Assembly (NCBI RefSeq): GCF_003334335.1 | Contig: NZ_QOWQ01000118.1 | DNA: 1,221 nt | Strand: one strand, 5' to 3' | DNA from: Escherichia coli | GTDB lineage: Bacteria > Pseudomonadota > Gammaproteobacteria > Enterobacterales > Enterobacteriaceae | Part shown: positions 1-1,221 of the stretch, piece after piece | How the letters are laid out: the number at the start of each line of letters is the position of its first letter | Position numbering within the stretch: position 1 is the stretch's first letter | The notes under the pieces: model-generated | What the model saw: the letters and a program-made list of their open reading frames with translations, nothing else | Database searches by the model: none | What the model was told of the DNA's origin: nothing | Translations under genes and position numbers: made by a program

Positions 1-26
1 TGTAGATTCAATCTGTCAATGCAACA
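1..26. repeat. Terminal inverted repeat (IRR with respect to the transposase orientation), 26 bp
   Basis: Window 1-26, TGTAGATTCAATCTGTCAATGCAACA, matches the reverse complement of 1196-1221 at 23 of 26 positions (mismatches at repeat positions 13, 14 and 20). Similarity stops at position 27. Confidence 0.9.
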
Positions 27-1159
27 CCCCTTTCAATTATCTCTTTCGGTGTTTTGAACTTCAGTGTCTTTCTCGGTCTGTTGTTTAGCTGAGCAGCAAC
101 CAGATCTAGTTCATGTTGAGTATATTGGGCAAGACATGTCTTTTTAGGAAAGTACTGCCGAATTAGCCCATTTGTGTTCTCATTTGTTCCCCGCTGCCAA
201 GGACTCTGAGGATCGCAGAAGTAAACTTTAACGCCGGTGCTGACAGTAAATTCTAGATGTCTGGCCAGTTCCATTCCTCTGTCCCATGTCAGTGATTTTC
301 TGAGTTCTGACGGTAAACTCAGGAATTTGTCGGTAAGAGCCTGATTTACTGAGACAGAATCTTTGCCCCTGAGTCTAAGGATGATCGTATAACGTGATTT
401 TCGGTCTACAAGTGTGGCTATATGAGAGTTTTTTGTACCTGAGACTAAATCGCCCTCCCAATGCCCCAGAGAGCGTCTGTTATCGATATTTCGGGAACGT
501 TCGTGAATTGGTGTTCCGTTCACTATGTTAATCGTACCTCTTTCGCCTTTGCGGGTATGACGCCTGCCATGGCGAAGGCTATGCGACCGTCGCAGATGCT
601 GTATATTCAGGTGGTGTAGCGCTTCACGGCTACGAAAGTACAGCGTTTTATAAATTGTCTCAGGTGATATTCGCAGCGTTTTTTGACGTGGTTTTGTTCG
701 CCTTAACCATCCTGATATTTGCTCTGGAGACCATTTCATCTCCAGCTTTTCCAGAACAAGCTTTCGCAATGGTAAATTTTGATCCAGTAAGCACGGTTTT
801 GGCCTTTTCGCCATTCTGTTGGCTCGGTTATTAGCATCAACAGCTTTGTAATAGCGTCTGCCCCGATTACGCTGAACTTCACGTGAGATCGTCGAAGGAC
901 TGCGATTCAGCGCAGTAGCTATCGCACGAATGCTCATTTTGGCTGACAAACCAGCTCGTATCTCCTCGCGCTCAGACAGTGTCAGGTGAGCTACAGCCCG
1001 CTTACGCTCATGGGGTTTTATGCCGCCAGTATCCCTTAACATAGTGAAGATCGTTCCGGGTTTTGAACCCAGGATATTCGCTATTTCACTGAAGCCTGTT
1101 CCGTTCTTCCATAGTTCAAAAACAGAGGCTTTTTCCTCTGCTGTAAATGTTCGTCTCAT
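8..1159 (-). CDS. insI: IS30-family DDE transposase, 383 aa (InsI-like)
   Basis: Single uninterrupted ORF from ATG (reverse complement of 1157-1159) to TGA (reverse complement of 8-10). A GGAGG ribosome-binding site lies 8 nt upstream. The catalytic residues read directly from the translation are D237 in HWEGD (codon 449-451), D293 in LTWDRG (codon 281-283) and E327 in GTNENT (codon 179-181), giving D(55)D(33)E spacing, which is the IS30-family signature. The N-terminal third has helix-turn-helix-like segments. I assign insI from recognising the protein as E. coli IS30 transposase; this is recall, not an alignment. Confidence 0.95.
   Translation of the reverse strand: MRRTFTAEEKASVFELWKNGTGFSEIANILGSKPGTIFTMLRDTGGIKPHERKRAVAHLTLSEREEIRAGLSAKMSIRAIATALNRSPSTISREVQRNRGRRYYKAVDANNRANRMAKRPKPCLLDQNLPLRKLVLEKLEMKWSPEQISGWLRRTKPRQKTLRISPETIYKTLYFRSREALHHLNIQHLRRSHSLRHGRRHTRKGERGTINIVNGTPIHERSRNIDNRRSLGHWEGDLVSGTKNSHIATLVDRKSRYTIILRLRGKDSVSVNQALTDKFLSLPSELRKSLTWDRGMELARHLEFTVSTGVKVYFCDPQSPWQRGTNENTNGLIRQYFPKKTCLAQYTQHELDLVAAQLNNRPRKTLKFKTPKEIIERGVALTD
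14..19 (-). promoter_or_regulatory. Outward-facing consensus -35 hexamer (TTGACA) inside the terminal repeat
   Basis: Plus-strand TGTCAA at 14-19 is TTGACA on the minus strand, reading toward and out of the element terminus, with 13 bp between the hexamer and the end. No matching -10 exists inside the element, so any promoter would need a -10 supplied by flanking DNA or by an abutting repeat. Confidence 0.5.
155..472 (-). other. DDE (RNase H-fold) catalytic core of the transposase, about residues 230-335
   Basis: Contains the three acidic residues D237, D293 and E327 with 55 and 33 intervening residues, in conserved local contexts (HWEGD, TWDRG, TNENT). Boundaries are approximate. Confidence 0.7.
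860..1159 (-). other. N-terminal DNA-binding region of the transposase (about residues 1-100, two helix-turn-helix-like segments)
   Basis: Translation shows HTH-like stretches (…EKASVFELWKNGTGFSEIANILGSKPGTIF… and …LSAKMSIRAIATALNRSPSTISREVQRN…). Established knowledge: IS30-family transposases carry N-terminal HTH motifs that recognise the terminal repeats. Boundaries are approximate and not profile-verified. Confidence 0.6.
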
Positions 1160-1167
1160 TCAAAAAA

Positions 1168-1172
1168 CCTCC
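1168..1172 (-). promoter_or_regulatory. Ribosome-binding site (Shine-Dalgarno GGAGG) for the transposase
   Basis: Plus-strand CCTCC at 1168-1172 is GGAGG on the minus strand, 8 nt upstream of the ATG at 1159-1157, followed by a T-rich spacer (GGAGGTTTTTTGAATG). Confidence 0.8.
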
Positions 1173-1187
1173 GCAACCCCATGTTTT

Positions 1188-1215
1188 CACATAACTGTTG
1201 CGTTGACCAATTGAA
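1188..1215 (-). promoter_or_regulatory. Putative weak native transposase promoter overlapping the inverted repeat
   Basis: Inference: only poor sigma70-like hexamers are present in the 62 nt between the terminus and the ATG, for example TTCAAT then a 16-bp spacer then TATGTG on the minus strand. This fits the generally weak expression of IS transposases. Exact boxes are uncertain and no transcription start site can be read from sequence. Confidence 0.25.
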
Positions 1216-1221
1216 TCTACA
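1196..1221. repeat. Terminal inverted repeat (IRL with respect to the transposase orientation), 26 bp
   Basis: The reverse complement of 1196-1221 is TGTAGATTCAATTGGTCAACGCAACA, matching 1-26 at 23 of 26 positions. It lies 36 nt upstream of the transposase start codon on the minus strand. Confidence 0.9.

Larger units (their letters stand above)
1..1221 (-). mobile_element. Complete IS30-family insertion sequence (IS30-like, 1221 bp), transposase encoded on the minus strand
   Basis: Seen in sequence: the window starts and ends with 26-bp imperfect inverted repeats (TGTAGATTCAAT...GCAACA) bracketing a single 383-aa ORF. The ATG sits 63 nt in from one terminus and the stop codon falls within the opposite terminal repeat. 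Established knowledge: element length 1221 bp, 26-bp IRs and a 383-aa transposase are the textbook organisation of IS30. Identity to the reference was not verified by alignment. Confidence 0.93.

Noticed and set aside
667-690. T-runs on the plus strand (GCAGCGTTTTTTGACGTGGTTTTG) that superficially resemble terminator U-tracts
   Set aside because: No convincing GC-rich stem precedes them. They lie inside the transposase coding region on the antisense strand and are explained by codon content (Lys/Asn-rich peptide on the minus strand).
1123-1140. Small inverted repeat CAGAGG-n6-CCTCTG (6-bp stem, 6-nt loop) just inside the 5' end of the transposase coding region
   Set aside because: A 6-bp stem with a 6-nt loop is expected by chance roughly once in about 1 kb. 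It is not followed by a U-tract and does not overlap the ribosome-binding site or start codon, so it is unsupported as a terminator or translational control hairpin.
8-1159. Possible programmed frameshift or two-ORF transposase organisation
   Set aside because: The transposase is a single continuous 383-aa frame with no slippery heptamer or overlapping second frame. Frameshifting is a feature of the IS1 and IS3 families, not IS30-like elements.
1020-1214. 64-aa ORF on the plus strand (MPPVSLNIVKIVPGF…), antisense to the transposase 5' region and running into the terminal repeat
   Set aside because: It lies entirely within and antisense to the transposase gene and ends inside the repeat, with only a marginal G-rich stretch upstream of its ATG. 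It has no recognisable domain and has low-complexity, hydrophobic composition typical of a chance antisense frame. Short opposite-strand ORFs of this kind are common and I see no sequence evidence that this one is expressed.
1-1221. A novel or undescribed biological system (defence island, cargo genes, CRISPR, toxin-antitoxin, RNA genes)
   Set aside because: The entire window is accounted for by one insertion sequence with its terminal repeats and transposase. There are no direct-repeat arrays, no tRNA- or rRNA-like structure and no extra ORFs of credible length, so claiming novelty would be unsupported.

Overview
The whole 1221-bp window is a single complete copy of an IS30-family insertion sequence, shown in reverse-complement relative to its transposase. 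From memory it looks like the classical Escherichia coli IS30 itself, but I could not run an alignment to confirm identity. It has 26-bp imperfect terminal inverted repeats at 1-26 and 1196-1221 (23/26 matching) and one intact 383-aa transposase ORF on the minus strand (8..1159) with a GGAGG ribosome-binding site. A D(55)D(33)E catalytic triad is readable directly in the translation. The transposase stop codon lies inside the terminal repeat, and that same end carries an outward-facing consensus -35 hexamer (TTGACA). I see no evidence of a novel or undescribed system: no additional cargo genes, no RNA genes, no CRISPR array. Everything here is explained by a well-characterised mobile element. 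The window ends exactly at the element termini, so target-site duplication and insertion context cannot be assessed.
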